DNA of 55,182 bases from Hydrurus foetidus (lineage: Eukaryota). The notes beneath the pieces were generated by a model. That model was not told the origin of the DNA and did not search any database. It saw nothing but the letters and a program-made list of their open reading frames with translations. Below are positions 36,640 through 48,800 of the stretch, piece by piece (within the stretch, counting starts at the first letter, position 1; every line of letters starts with the position of its first letter). The position numbers and the translations under genes are program-made. Where the stretch lies: positions 1 to 55,182 of the forward strand of contig UYFQ01000193.1 of NCBI GenBank assembly GCA_900617105.1. The letters are read 5' to 3'.

Positions 36640-38978
36640 ATGAACGTCGTCGTCGCTGGCGGAGGAGTTGCTGGACTGACGACCGCTGCCGCTCTACGAC
36701 GTCTTCCATTTGTTAGATCCATAATCGTATTTGAGCCTGTGCGACCACCTGAATCATGTCAAGATGATAACGAAAAGAATGAAGACAGTCCCAGGAAAAA
36801 AGCAAACAAATTCAATCACTTCAACGGGCTATGGTCTCCATCGTTACGATGTTTGGATTCTCTTGACATTTACGGCAATATCAAAGACCATTTACATGCT
36901 GTTTGGCAGTCAGGCTATAAGGATGTGTCTGGCCGATGGTTGGCTCAACCCACCATCGGTCTGAAAGAGCCGCCAGGTATTTTGTATCCCTGATTTTCTT
37001 CATTAATCAGGGATCATCATGTGTGGTATTTCTCTTCCTAAACCAACTTTGCGTGCTGCGCTGCCTCGGTACTGACTGGTTCGCTTCATGTCCTCCTCGT
37101 GACCAATCACTGTTTGATTTCTGTCGATTCAAATCCTCTAATGATACGACTTCAAAATCCTGCGCTCGAAGAAAGCCCTTCGCTGGCTTTCATCGACAAC
37201 GATCGCCTTCTGTCAGCTCTTCGGAAGGCGGTTCTCACGAAAGATCCCAGATACTGCGAAGTCAATATTCTATGGGGTGAAAAAGTCCATGGAGTAGCAA
37301 GGTTAGGATCTTTGAAGTGATCGTCACTACTGCTAACTTTTACTTGCACACTATAACCCGTTCTTAACATCTCTGATATCGCAGGAATTCGGTAACTTCT
37401 ACTCTGACTGTGACGGATAGTAATAAAATACAACACACGGTAGATCTGCTTGTGGCAGCGGACGGCACATTCTCCTCTATTTTTGCACAGCTATATCCGA
37501 CAAGCACCAACAGACCTAAATTTAGGGGCTACAAGGTTTATAGAGGGTACTCCGAGAAGCCTGAGAGTGACCCTCCAACTGGCATTGACAGCTGCGAGGA
37601 GTCCATCCTGAGTGACGGCACATCAACGACAGAGGCGGAGCATAGACAGAGACAGAGCAGATCGAGAATCTGTGACTTTGGATTCCAGACATGGGGTCCC
37701 ACTGCGCGCTTTGCCTGCGTGCCAACGATACGCGGCAATGCGTGGTACTTAAGTGTTCCTGCCAAGGAATCAACCAGCGTGACTGATGGCTCTCATCCAT
37801 CCGCTCTGTCTGGCCCTTTTAGCAATCGATCGCAGACAGTGGAGGAAACAGAGGTCAGCTGCCTGAAAGCGCTGCTGCTCAACTGGCACCAACCCATAGG
37901 GCGCATCATGGACTGCATCATACCAGAACAAACAGGGACAGAGACAGGGACAAGGGTGGTGACAGGTGTTCGAGTCTGTGATGCCTACTCTTTCAGTTCG
38001 AGGGACACAGTCGGGTAGAGTGACATCACCGTGCATGACTTTTTGTGCGTGAAAGTATTGGCTTTAAAACAAATACAATGTTGTTTTAACATTAACCCTA
38101 ACATTGTATTGGCTTTAACCCTAACATTCTGAGGATCGCATCACTATTGCCATGCGCCTCTTCTCTTCTCTCATCTCTTATCCATTTCCCACATGATCAG
38201 CGAGGAACATTCTTCAGGATCGTTCCCTCCTGTAGTGTTTGTGGGAGATGCCGCACACACGGTAAGACTGCGGACTTAATTCCAATTCATCTTCTGATTT
38301 GCCTGATATAGTTATGGACTGACTGACTGACTGACTGACTGATTGGTTGACCGACAAATTTTCGAACGAAATCTCAGCTCCCTCATCTCGCTCACTGCAA
38401 ACCAATGTACCGCATCAACTTCACCCTTTCTTATATCAGCTCGATCCCATTCTTGCGCAAGGTGCTGGAGTGGCGATAGAGGACAGTGTGTTGCTCTCCC
38501 AGGCCCTGCAGAGGAGGTACCGCTTCAAGAGCTACGACTCCTTCACCGTGTCCTCCTTCGGGGAGGAACAGAGGGAGAAGGAGGATGAGAAGGGGACGGA
38601 CAGGCGACACCTCTTCGAAAGGGACGCACACACAGTGGACATGAAGGCAGTGCTTCTCGATGTGGAAGAGGCGAGGTACAAGCTACATCTATCAGTACAC
38701 CTCACATCTCATCCATACCTCTCTATATTCATCTCCATCTTCATCTTTGTTTGTTCGTCCACTGAATCTCTGCCTCCATCTGTTTCAATGTGACTAGATA
38801 CGCTAGAGTGCGTCTCCTTGAGCTCTTCTCGGATGTATCTCACTTGATCGGACAGGTTAAGAGTCCCCTGCTGTGTGGGGTGCGCGACTTCATCATCTAT
38901 CACGTCCCTCCAACCCTCAAGGGGGCTGTCTTCGACATCGCCATCAGAGCCGTCAGCACCTTCAATGCCTTGAAATGA
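36640..38978 (+). CDS. FAD-dependent monooxygenase (aromatic hydroxylase family). Probable exons: 36640-36976, 37172-37301, 37385-38014, 38201-38261, 38440-38675, 38798-38978
   Basis: VVVAGGGVAG (GxGxxG), DLLVAADG, and VFVGDAAHT/LDPILAQGAGVAIEDS joined by frame-consistent GT-AG introns. The exon 2 acceptor is the least certain. Confidence 0.85.
38317..38343. repeat. (GACT)n microsatellite in a monooxygenase intron
   Basis: About six tandem GACT units. Confidence 0.85.
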
Positions 38979-39548
38979 AATGAAGTGAACGAAATAAAAC
39001 GGAGTAAAGCGAATTGAAATGAAGCAAAGCAAAGTGAAATGAGATGAAACAAAGTGTTGCACAATTTCACAACGAACGTGAGATATGCAAACTAGATAAT
39101 CATCGCGGTGGTCTACCCTTCTGCGAGGGGCCGAGAAACCTCCAAACGATTCAGCGGCATATCGAACGAGAGAGGGACTGTAAAAGATTCGAAGCGCTGC
39201 CGCGGAGATATCTGACACTCTGTGTGTGATAGAATCAAGAATGGTCTCCCGTGAATACGCACAGGCACATACACAGTCACTTCTAATCTTATTTTGATTC
39301 ACTCAGATCAAATCGCAGTGCCTACAGAAATGGCAACATCGTCAATATTGATACAAATTCCAATGAAAGCGATGAGCGGTGTTTGTCTCGATAGCGGAAC
39401 AGATTTTGATCGACTTTCAAAACCTGCCCGATGTGCGTTACTCGCTGCAGCATATCATCCAATAAAGTATGACGATGCCTTGCATGTGGAAGTCATGTCA
39501 AGCTATGTCATCATTAAGCCATCATAGTGGATTCCGAGGAGTATATAC

Positions 39549-40127
39549 TGTAACATTCTTGGGACGGGGTCCCTGGCCAATATTTGTTTCATCTAAACGA
39601 GTTATCGGATAAGGATGAAGATGAGATAAGTTCAAACGCTTGTAGGGAATCCACGAAGCCATAATGGAGCGGCGCGAGAGATTAATAACTGAGAAGATCA
39701 GTGAAGATAACGATCAGAAGAAGAGAAGAGCAGCAAGGAAACGATGAAGAGAAGAGGGAGGAAGGGGAATACTCAAATCTATCAGACCATGCTATACGAG
39801 ATCAAATCAAGTAGAACACGAGAGCGAGTGCTTTTTGTACACTTTGTGCAGTAGTAAAAACAGAGTTTAGCGTCTAGCAAGGTACGAATGCAACGCCGTT
39901 CTATATGTGTTGGGAGAAGGAGGAAATCCAGAGAACAACGGTGTATTTACTTATAAGCCAGGGTGCGCTAGAATGTGGCTAGCTATCGAGTATGGTTGAG
40001 TAGCTAGTCATTTGCTGTGCTGTGTGACACTGGAGTAACTAGTAACGCTATTATTGACCCGAGTGAGTTGATGTTTTAACGGCTTGTAGTGACGTGCAAG
40101 AATATGTAAGTACATGATAATGTAACA
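39549..40127. repeat. Candidate unpaired 3' LTR of Copia D
   Basis: Imperfect inverted termini TGTAACATT...AATGTAACA just downstream of the Copia D RNase H. No partner copy, TSD or clear PPT was found. Confidence 0.35.
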
Positions 40128-43100
40128 TGCGCCGATAATCATATTTGAATGACATAAACAACGATGTGATATGAAATTGAGGAGACGAGTATGGCGATGG
40201 GGCTGGTTATGAGAGTATGTTGGTTGTCGGTATTCTGGGTGCGGGCGCTGGTTGGGGCAGGTTGTCGGAGGGGTGGAAAAGGTTTAGGAGTAGGGGAAGG
40301 CAGACGGGGGAGTGTATTTTGTAACTCCATCTGGTACGATGTCGTGCGTACCTTGGTGCTGGATTGTGATGTGGTTATTTTGGCAGAGCCATCGGATGTA
40401 GTGGTGTTTGATGAAGATATGGCGTGATTTGCGGGTGACGGCGGGAGCGATGGCGAGTTTGATAGCTGATTTGTTGTCTTCAAGGATGACGGTTGGGACG
40501 GGTTGTGGGTGACCTAGGTCGGCGGCGAACTGACGGAAGAATACCAAGTCTTTAGCGCATTTGGTGAGGGTTTTATATTCTGTTTCGCATGGGTTGAGCG
40601 AGATGTTTTTTTCACGAGCGGAGTATGCGAGGAAGGGGGCTGTATTGCTTCCTACGCTGAGTGTGTACGCGGCATGACTGGAGGCGTCGGAGTGACAGAC
40701 GTGGGAGGCATCGGCAGAGGCGGTGAGGGTGACTCTGTTGGGGTGGTTGGAAGGGATGGCAGTGAAAGTGGGACCAAGGTTAGGGTTACCTTTAAGGTAC
40801 CTGAGGAGTTGGATTTGGTCGGCGCGGTCGGTGGTATTGGGGTTAGCGTTTTTGATGCAAAGGTGAACGATCTCTTTGCGGCACTCGTTGCGGAGTGGTA
40901 CGTAGAACAGTAGTGATCCGTTGATGCGTTGGAATGCTGTCTGGTCGACAAGGGTGCAATCGGTGGGTGCGTGAAAGAGCATGGGTAGGGAGGGTGAGAG
41001 GGCTGGTGGTAATAGATCCATGTCTGCCTTGGTAAGGAACGTTTTGATGTGGGCGCCGTAGTCGAGTGTAATAGAATGGTCAGAGTGACGGGTGACGGTA
41101 ATACCGCAGATAGAGGTACAGTGATCGTTGAAGATTATTGGGCCGTAACGCTTTCTGAGGAGTGTCTTGTACTCGGTAAGAAGTGAGGGTGACGTTGAGA
41201 TTCTACGTGTAGGTTGATCGTGAGTGAGTTGAGCGGGTTGATGGCGCAGACCTTGCGGTAAGTGTGGTGGTCGGAGTTGGTAGGGTGGAATCCAGCAACG
41301 ATGTGAAGTGCAGTGAGCTCTGTATCGAAAACGTGATTGGCTTGTTTGAGGCCGTAACAGGCACCGATGATTTCGGCTGTTTTGCCAGCGAGGGTGCGAT
41401 CTGGGAGGTCTTTGGGGAGGACGGTCAGGAGTTGGTAGCCGCCGGTATGCGAGCGAGGGAGGGAGCTCTGGAGGAAGGCGGCAGTTATGTCGTATGACCC
41501 GATGATTAGTTGGGGGAGGATGTTCCGGTGGGCGGCGTCGGCTAGGGTGACGGCGACAATGAATGAACGGTTTGTGACGTCGGATGTGCCCGCAAAAGTG
41601 TTGGTGTAGGAGTCCAAGGGCTGGTGGGAGCCATCGATGGCGAGGCGGGCAGTGACGAGGCCGGATGCTTTTTGTTTGATAAACATGGAGCTGCGGAGGA
41701 AGGCGCGTCGAGCGTCTAAGGCGTCTTGTGAGTGGAGGAGGCGATGGCTAGCGTATTTGGTGAATTGTTTGTGTGTTTCTTTGTCTATTGCTGCGGCAAT
41801 ATCGGGTGCGGGTAAAGTACGGGATGCGCGGGCGATGGACATATCTGTACGCTGAGTGGCTGTTGGGGTAGGGATAAGGGAGGTGGGGAGGTTGTTGAGG
41901 GAAGAGGAGTGCTGGGTATTGAAGAGTCTGTTGCGCAGAGCAGCTGTGCGGGCGTTTGCGAGTTTGGTGATTTGGGATTGGGGGTGCGCGAGCAGACTAG
42001 AACCGTACCAGTGACCGGGGGGTAGGGGGTTAGCAGCAATACGAACGGATTTTCTGGGAGCTTGCTGTTGTGATGGCGATGGCGGAGGGGGTGGGGAGTT
42101 TGGGGGTGCGGTGGGAGTGGGGGGTAGGCTGGGCGTAGATGGGTGTGAAGTTGAAGGTGACACCGGTGGCGTTGGTGTTGGTGTTGGTGGTGGTGGTGGG
42201 GGTGGAGGAGTAGTTGGTGTGGCCGATGGCAAGAGGTATGTTGGCGGAGGGGCAATGTTGGGGGGGACGGGGAGGCTGGGGGGTGAAGGTTGGTTGGAGT
42301 GGGGAAGCAGTATGGATGGAATCAAGGAAGGTGACGGGATAAAGGCTGGGCATGGTTGCGGTGGTGGCGGCGATTGCGAGTGGGAGCGGGAGGTTTGGGA
42401 GTTGAGGTGGGTGGTTTGTGGTGGACGTGGTGGGTGGGAGGATAAGGGGTAGGGAGGGGATGGGTGCATTTGTTGGGCGGGGGATAGTGAGCTGTGATCT
42501 TCGGGTTACAGTAGGTCAGGGGGCAAAGGGACATGGATCATGTGGTCTTTGGCGGTCCAATCGAATGGGACGTAGGTGGGGGGCAAAACCAGACATGCGC
42601 GGCGTGGTACAATGCGGCCGTTAGCTAGCACAAATTGGGTCTGGCCAGTGATTGGGTTAGGGCCTAGGCAATCTCCTAGTTCGGTTTTTGGTTCGGTTGC
42701 TGCTGTAGTATTGTGCTGTCGGGTGTTTGCTTGGCGTTTGTCAATGTGCTGAACGACGAGGGCAGTAGTCCCGAAGGGTAGAGGAATGGTACGCATTTTT
42801 GTGCTACGAACGAGTTCATTGGGTGTATGGGGGTGACTCTTGGTTGAAAGGAGGGAGTTGCGGGTAGCGGCTGCGGCTTGGTGGAGGTAAAGGTAATAGT
42901 GGGTAGGGAGGTTGTACGGGAGGGGTGAGAGCATGGCGTTGGAGATACCCCGGACAGTTTGGATGTAGCGCTCAACGAGGTGAGCGTGGTTGCCGGGAAG
43001 GAAGTTGGAGAGATGGTTGCCGAGGGAGCCGAGAGGGGTAGAGAGGGAGTTGTTAACATTTTCCGAGTCGCTGTGCATAGATGTGACTTTGTGGCCGTGG

Positions 43101-45219
43101 GCGTTGTAGATGGTGGTGATGACTGAATGGATAGATTAGAAAATGTGGGCGGTGGCTTTTGAGAAAGCTCCGACTACGGAGATATCCTGAGTGTTCGTCG
43201 ACGATGATGACCTCGTGGGTGAATCCACCAGGTGACGGTTGGGGCAGCTGTTGAGGATCGAATGACAAGGTCTGTCCGATGGTGGTTGCGGGTGCAGAGG
43301 TTGAGAATGGGTGAGAGGGAGATCGGTATTTTCCTGCGGCGCAATGGACGCAGTGGCCGTGGAGAGTTCGGTTGAGTAGGATCTTGGATGGGATGAGAGG
43401 AGTAGGAATTTTACCGGTGGAAATACAGAGGGAGAGGATGGCATCCGAGGGATGTCCTAACGCGTGGTGGAGAGCCTCGGCTTGGTCGATGTCGCTGTTC
43501 CCCGGTTATGTGGGGAAGAACGGGAGGAAGTGAAGTGAGTAGATTAGATGTAGGAGTATTTGGAGGTTGATAGTGGGTGGGATTGTGAAGGGCACGCGTA
43601 ATGCAGTGAAATTGATTGGGAGGAGATTATTAGAGTTGATAGCGACATTGTAAAGAAGGAATCCTGTTGTTGATGACTTGATAATGCTGTGGGTAAGGGG
43701 TCGGGTGGGATCAGGGCAGTAGTGTGCCCCACATTTTTGCATGTAACATAAACTCAGAAGGGTGGTGGGGATAGTTGGGGCAAGGAATGCAGTATTTTAA
43801 GTGTTTGGTAGGTAGGTGAGGTATCCTGAGTGAGTTACTGGGCAAGATCCGCTCACGCCGCCTAACGAGAAATCAAATAGGAGTGGTTGGATGTTGTATA
43901 GGTCAGATGCATGGGGTGTGACGTTGAGGCTACATCCGGTGTCCCAGAATCCTGAGTGTTTGCTTGCTGGTAGGTTAGCTAAGTACGAGAGTTGGTCAGT
44001 AGTAGGTATAGGGTCGGGTTCTGAAAGGATGGGTAGAGGGGCCGAGTCCCCTATGACCTAGTTTTCAGTTTTAAGAGTCTCCTCAAAGGCGGTGTCTGTG
44101 AGTTGCATGAGGAGGTTGATGGAGGTGGGAGATCCAAGAGTAGCGGCTTCAGCTTGAGCGAGTAGGGATTTAATGCTATTATAGACAGAGGGAGTGGGGG
44201 TGGAATGACGGTTAGCTGGATTAAGGCCACAGGAAAGGGAAGCATGTGAGCTAGTCTTGGGTTTATTTGGGTAACGCTTCTGACAGTGGATACAAGATAC
44301 TGACGGTGAAGGTGTGCTTTTGCTGGGAGGAGGCTGAACGGCGAGGTATGCCGAGGCTTGGGTTGATGGGGTATCAGAGAGGTGCAAGAGGGCGCTGGAT
44401 TTTTCCCAGTTTAGGAGGGTTGTGGCTAATGCAGCTGGGTCCGTAAATCTAGCGTCAGGGTTGGCTGCTAAAAGGGTGTTGATCGGGAGGTTGTAGAGTC
44501 CGTTACTAGGAATAACAGTGGGTAGAGCTGTAAGACTATCGAACAGTTGTCACCTTCTAGCGTTCGCAGCGAAGGTGGAGAAGAAGCTGCAGTCTAGCTT
44601 CTCAAATCAGGGAGCTATCGAGTAGACGATACTGTGAAGTACAACGTATTAAGTTCTGCTTAGAGTTTACAGATAGCCACACAAAAGAGTCATCGGAACA
44701 TCTCATGACAACGAGAACTACCTTGAGAGAGCAATCACAGAGCTGTGTAGTATGCATAGCATGTGCTTGAGGAACATTGCACGAAGCATATTGTAACGAA
44801 GTGATTCGGCGATGATGAAGATCATGAAAATCCAACGATTATTTGTGTACGTGATGATAGGGTACGTACAAACTGCTACTCGGTGTTAGTACGGAGTACA
44901 TACAGGTGTTATACATGAACGTATATACATAAGTACGGTTGTACTTACGTACGTGCGAACGGACATATACGCCTTTCATTGTACACGTGCAAGCGTACGT
45001 ACGTTTATAGTGATATTAACGTACATGAGTAAGTACGTGTATGTGCATACGTACATAATGATATGAACACATACATGTAAGTACATGTGTACGTACGTTT
45101 GATATCATGTGTATGTTTGTGTCAACATACATGCGTACGTACATATGCGTACGTACATACATATTGATATGCACATATATGTGTAAGTACATGCGTACGT
45201 ATATATGTTACTCTATCTA

Positions 45220-45649
45220 CCGTCTAGTCCCATATGTTTGGTAAACGGTTTTGTCAAAATGACTGTTTTCGAGTATACCAAGTGCAATAATGAAGAAAAG
45301 TTAGGGTATTATTCGCGCATCGCATGCCCCATGAAATTCCACACAAAGTTATATATGGTCGTATCGCATGTCCGATTATGGTTTAGTTGCTAATGGCTGC
45401 TTAGCGCACCATTTTTGACATGTTCAGTACTTGGGGACCGCAATATTGCACTCCGCAAAATTATTTTGACAAATTTTAAATATGCCATATATCTTAAATA
45501 ATTGTGCTGAATTTAAAATGATAGCTAACTCTTCATGATTCTGAATATTGATGAAGATAGTTTTTTCGGTGAAATTATTTTTTGGTGATTTTGAGTGTGG
45601 TCAAATGGCCTATTACCATTTTTTTTACCAAACATATGGGACTAGACGG
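45220..45649. mobile_element. 430-bp non-autonomous pogo-related MITE
   Basis: TIR CCGTCTAGTCCCATATGTTTGGTAAA with TA duplication; absent from the sister LTR (~53183). Confidence 0.93.
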
Positions 45650-45893
45650 TATATGTATGAACGTACGTACGTACTGAGTAACGTACATATGTGTATTTAT
45701 AACTACATAATATGCAACTATCCCACTATAGACATATCTAAGCTGTGTTAGATAGTCTAACACTCCCCGTAGTGAAGATGTAGTGTAGAATAATGCATAT
45801 TTACTTATTAGCTACCTATATAATAAAATAATAATACAGTATATGCGTGATCAGTGCAAATATAGTATTTATACTGAGTTAATGAAGTACTAT

Positions 45894-48800
45894 TTATAGA
45901 TTTCGTCTCTGAGACTGATCAATTATTTGATTTAGAAGTTTATTGCAAATTGGTAATGAAACTCTTTTGGTACCAATATCTGAATTATTATGGCATGATT
46001 TAACTTTTATAACTACGCAAGTACCATCGGCAACCTTCTCTTTAACCCAGTTTTCAGTGAGGTCGAGATGCTGTAAATTGCGTGTCATATGAGTTGCCTT
46101 TGAATGATATATACAGGCCTGGTTGTCTTCTTCAATAGGTGTCGGACCTTGGATCCATCCCATCATGTTTAGGATGCCTCTGTTGGCTATGACCTCCGCC
46201 TTGAGTGTATGATTGACAGCCTTGATTTCTGACTCTGCCGTAGATGTGGATATACTGCCTTGGTCGGTGGAACACCAGCAGATAAGGTTACGGCCGAGAT
46301 ATCCAAGGTATGCAGTCTGAGAGTGGCTATTATCTGGATTGCCACCTAGGTCTGCATCGCATTGAAACCGGAGTTGTAATAGTGATGTCATGGTTTCGAT
46401 GTCTCTGGGGCCATCGTGTCCGTGAAACACTAGTCGATCACTTTTTGCATACTTCACGTATTGCAATAAGTGTTTAAGGAATTTAATATGTCTTGGTCCA
46501 GGATTATTACCATATCTGGAAAGTACATTGAGTGCATACAATATGCCGATCATGGTGTGGACCATACCGTACATGAGTTGACCCACGACCCTCCTGTACG
46601 GATACTTTGAACACTGCGTACGTTCCTCCGGGGAGGATGCGTTGTCTAGTTTAGACAATGGTGGTTCTTGGTCTCCGGTAGGGTATGGTAAGTGCATATC
46701 CTTAGCACCAGATATATTCGCTTCTTTTATTATAGAATCAATCATTCTATGTTGATCCATGTAATAAGTGCCATCTTCATCACGTGAAATGCGAATGCCA
46801 ACGAACTCCTTGTCAGTTGCAATGGTAACTTCGTATTTATGTGTATTGAATGTGGCAATGATAAGTTCCCACTCATCAAGTTTGTCTGGCGGACCAAACC
46901 ACCTGAAGTCATCACTATGTGCTATGATGAGCATGGGTTTACCATCCGATGTCCATTTGAAGAAGAACTTAAGATCCCATGGTGTGTTCTTGTAACCACA
47001 CTCTAAGATGCATTTGTCAAATTCTATGGAAAAGTTCTGCCCTGCAGGTGGGAATCCATAAAGATTGCCTACAGCCTGAAAACAGAAACCGGGAGGGCAT
47101 TCATATCCCTGAGGGGTCTTAATATGCACAGGGAAGTCTGCATTAGCTCTTGTGATGAGGTAAGCACCGATGAGGTCGCCACCTCTCATTATGAGTCCAT
47201 ATGCAGCTGCTATGCATATTGCCATCTTTATTGAACACGATGATACATTTCCGCAGTATACGGCATCGGGATCGAAGTCCACGAGTGGTATCATCATATC
47301 TCCCCGTCCCACTAAACGGGCCTTTTTCGTACCGTCAGTTTTAATACTGAAAAGCCACATCATTGGTACTAGATGTTGTTCAGTGTATGGAACTATTTCG
47401 AGACAATGATTTTTCTCGAATTTCTTTAATTCGGTGTCAATTGCCTTTTTCCATTCTGGTATAGCCATAGCTTTCCAGAATGTTTTGGGTATATTTATTG
47501 TTTCGAAATTTATGAATAGTTTTTCGTGATGACTTGCTTCAATCAACGACAAAAAATGTTCATGATTTTTGACTTGGGTAGAATACCAATAAATTGCATC
47601 GTCATTTTCAATGTTACGTATTGGAGTGTTAATACCAATATTATCTTCATTGACGTCGGATTTATTATTGGGAATTATACTGACAGGTTTTAAATCAAAT
47701 GAAACTTGTTTTTGTTTGGTTGATTTCACATTAATATGTCTGTTATTGTTGTTATTAACCTTGGAATTAATAATATTATTATTCACTGTATTTGGAATCG
47801 GTTTTTCTTTTAATTGGTTCTGAGGAGTGCAAGCTGCTAGAGGTACAGGGTGTATCGCAATAGCAGGAGTTGCAATGTGTTGTTCAGAATCAATTTGAAC
47901 TATAGCAGCAGCAGGTGGGACTGCAGAGATATCATCATTGATATTCTGGTGTAGGGATGTAAAATCAAGATCGGATGGGTACTCGTCCGTATTATCATAG
48001 TTAGTATCTTTATCGAAAATAGCATCCATACTTGTCCTACTTTTGCCGTAGATTCCGGTTGGAAGTATCTCGATGACCTTGAAGCTCGGTTCAAGCGTCC
48101 TGGATAGATCATACCCGACGAATCTGGCTTTGTATGTCCTAGGGAAACCGATTTTGCCTTTCCTGTCTTTAAGCGCAATGTGCACCCAACAAAAACTCCA
48201 AAAAGCTTTAAGGTTCTTGAGAATAACATGTTTCCCAGTGATAAGATGGTATGGAGACATCTTGATAGCAGAGTGATGATTGAATGCGTGTGTAACGCAT
48301 GTATACTCAAATGCCAAATCCCAATATTTCTGTGGTACCCTAGTATCAAGGAGTTGCATGGTTATGTTGCACTTCATTGAAAGTACACCGACTGCACGCT
48401 CCGCAATTCCATTTGCATGTTTGTCGCGAGGTGGTGTCGGTTCCAATCGATATTCAAAGTTGTAAAGGCATTGGAGGAACTCCGCTGACCGGTATGATTT
48501 TTCAGCGTCGGCTCTGATAAATCGGTCTATGCCTGGAAGAGATGTCTTCCACTCTGGATGTGATTGGAAGAGGGTTGAGAAACTTTTGCAAAGTTCCGCA
48601 GCTCCCCGGTCTTTAGTGAAGCAGGGATAGCTTCGTCTTGTAGACAAGTCTGTGACAATATCGCAGTACTTATAACCGGCCTGTGACCGGTGTGTATGTG
48701 TGTATGCGTCGAGTGTGAACTGACTGCCATAACAAGGTGATGGTGGACGGTGAATACGAAGATGGTCCGTTGACGTCTGTCGCATCGTTCCTTGTACGCA

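Noticed and set aside
38092..38125. TAACCCTAA telomere-like motifs
   Set aside because: Only two isolated units inside a small intronic duplication; not an array.
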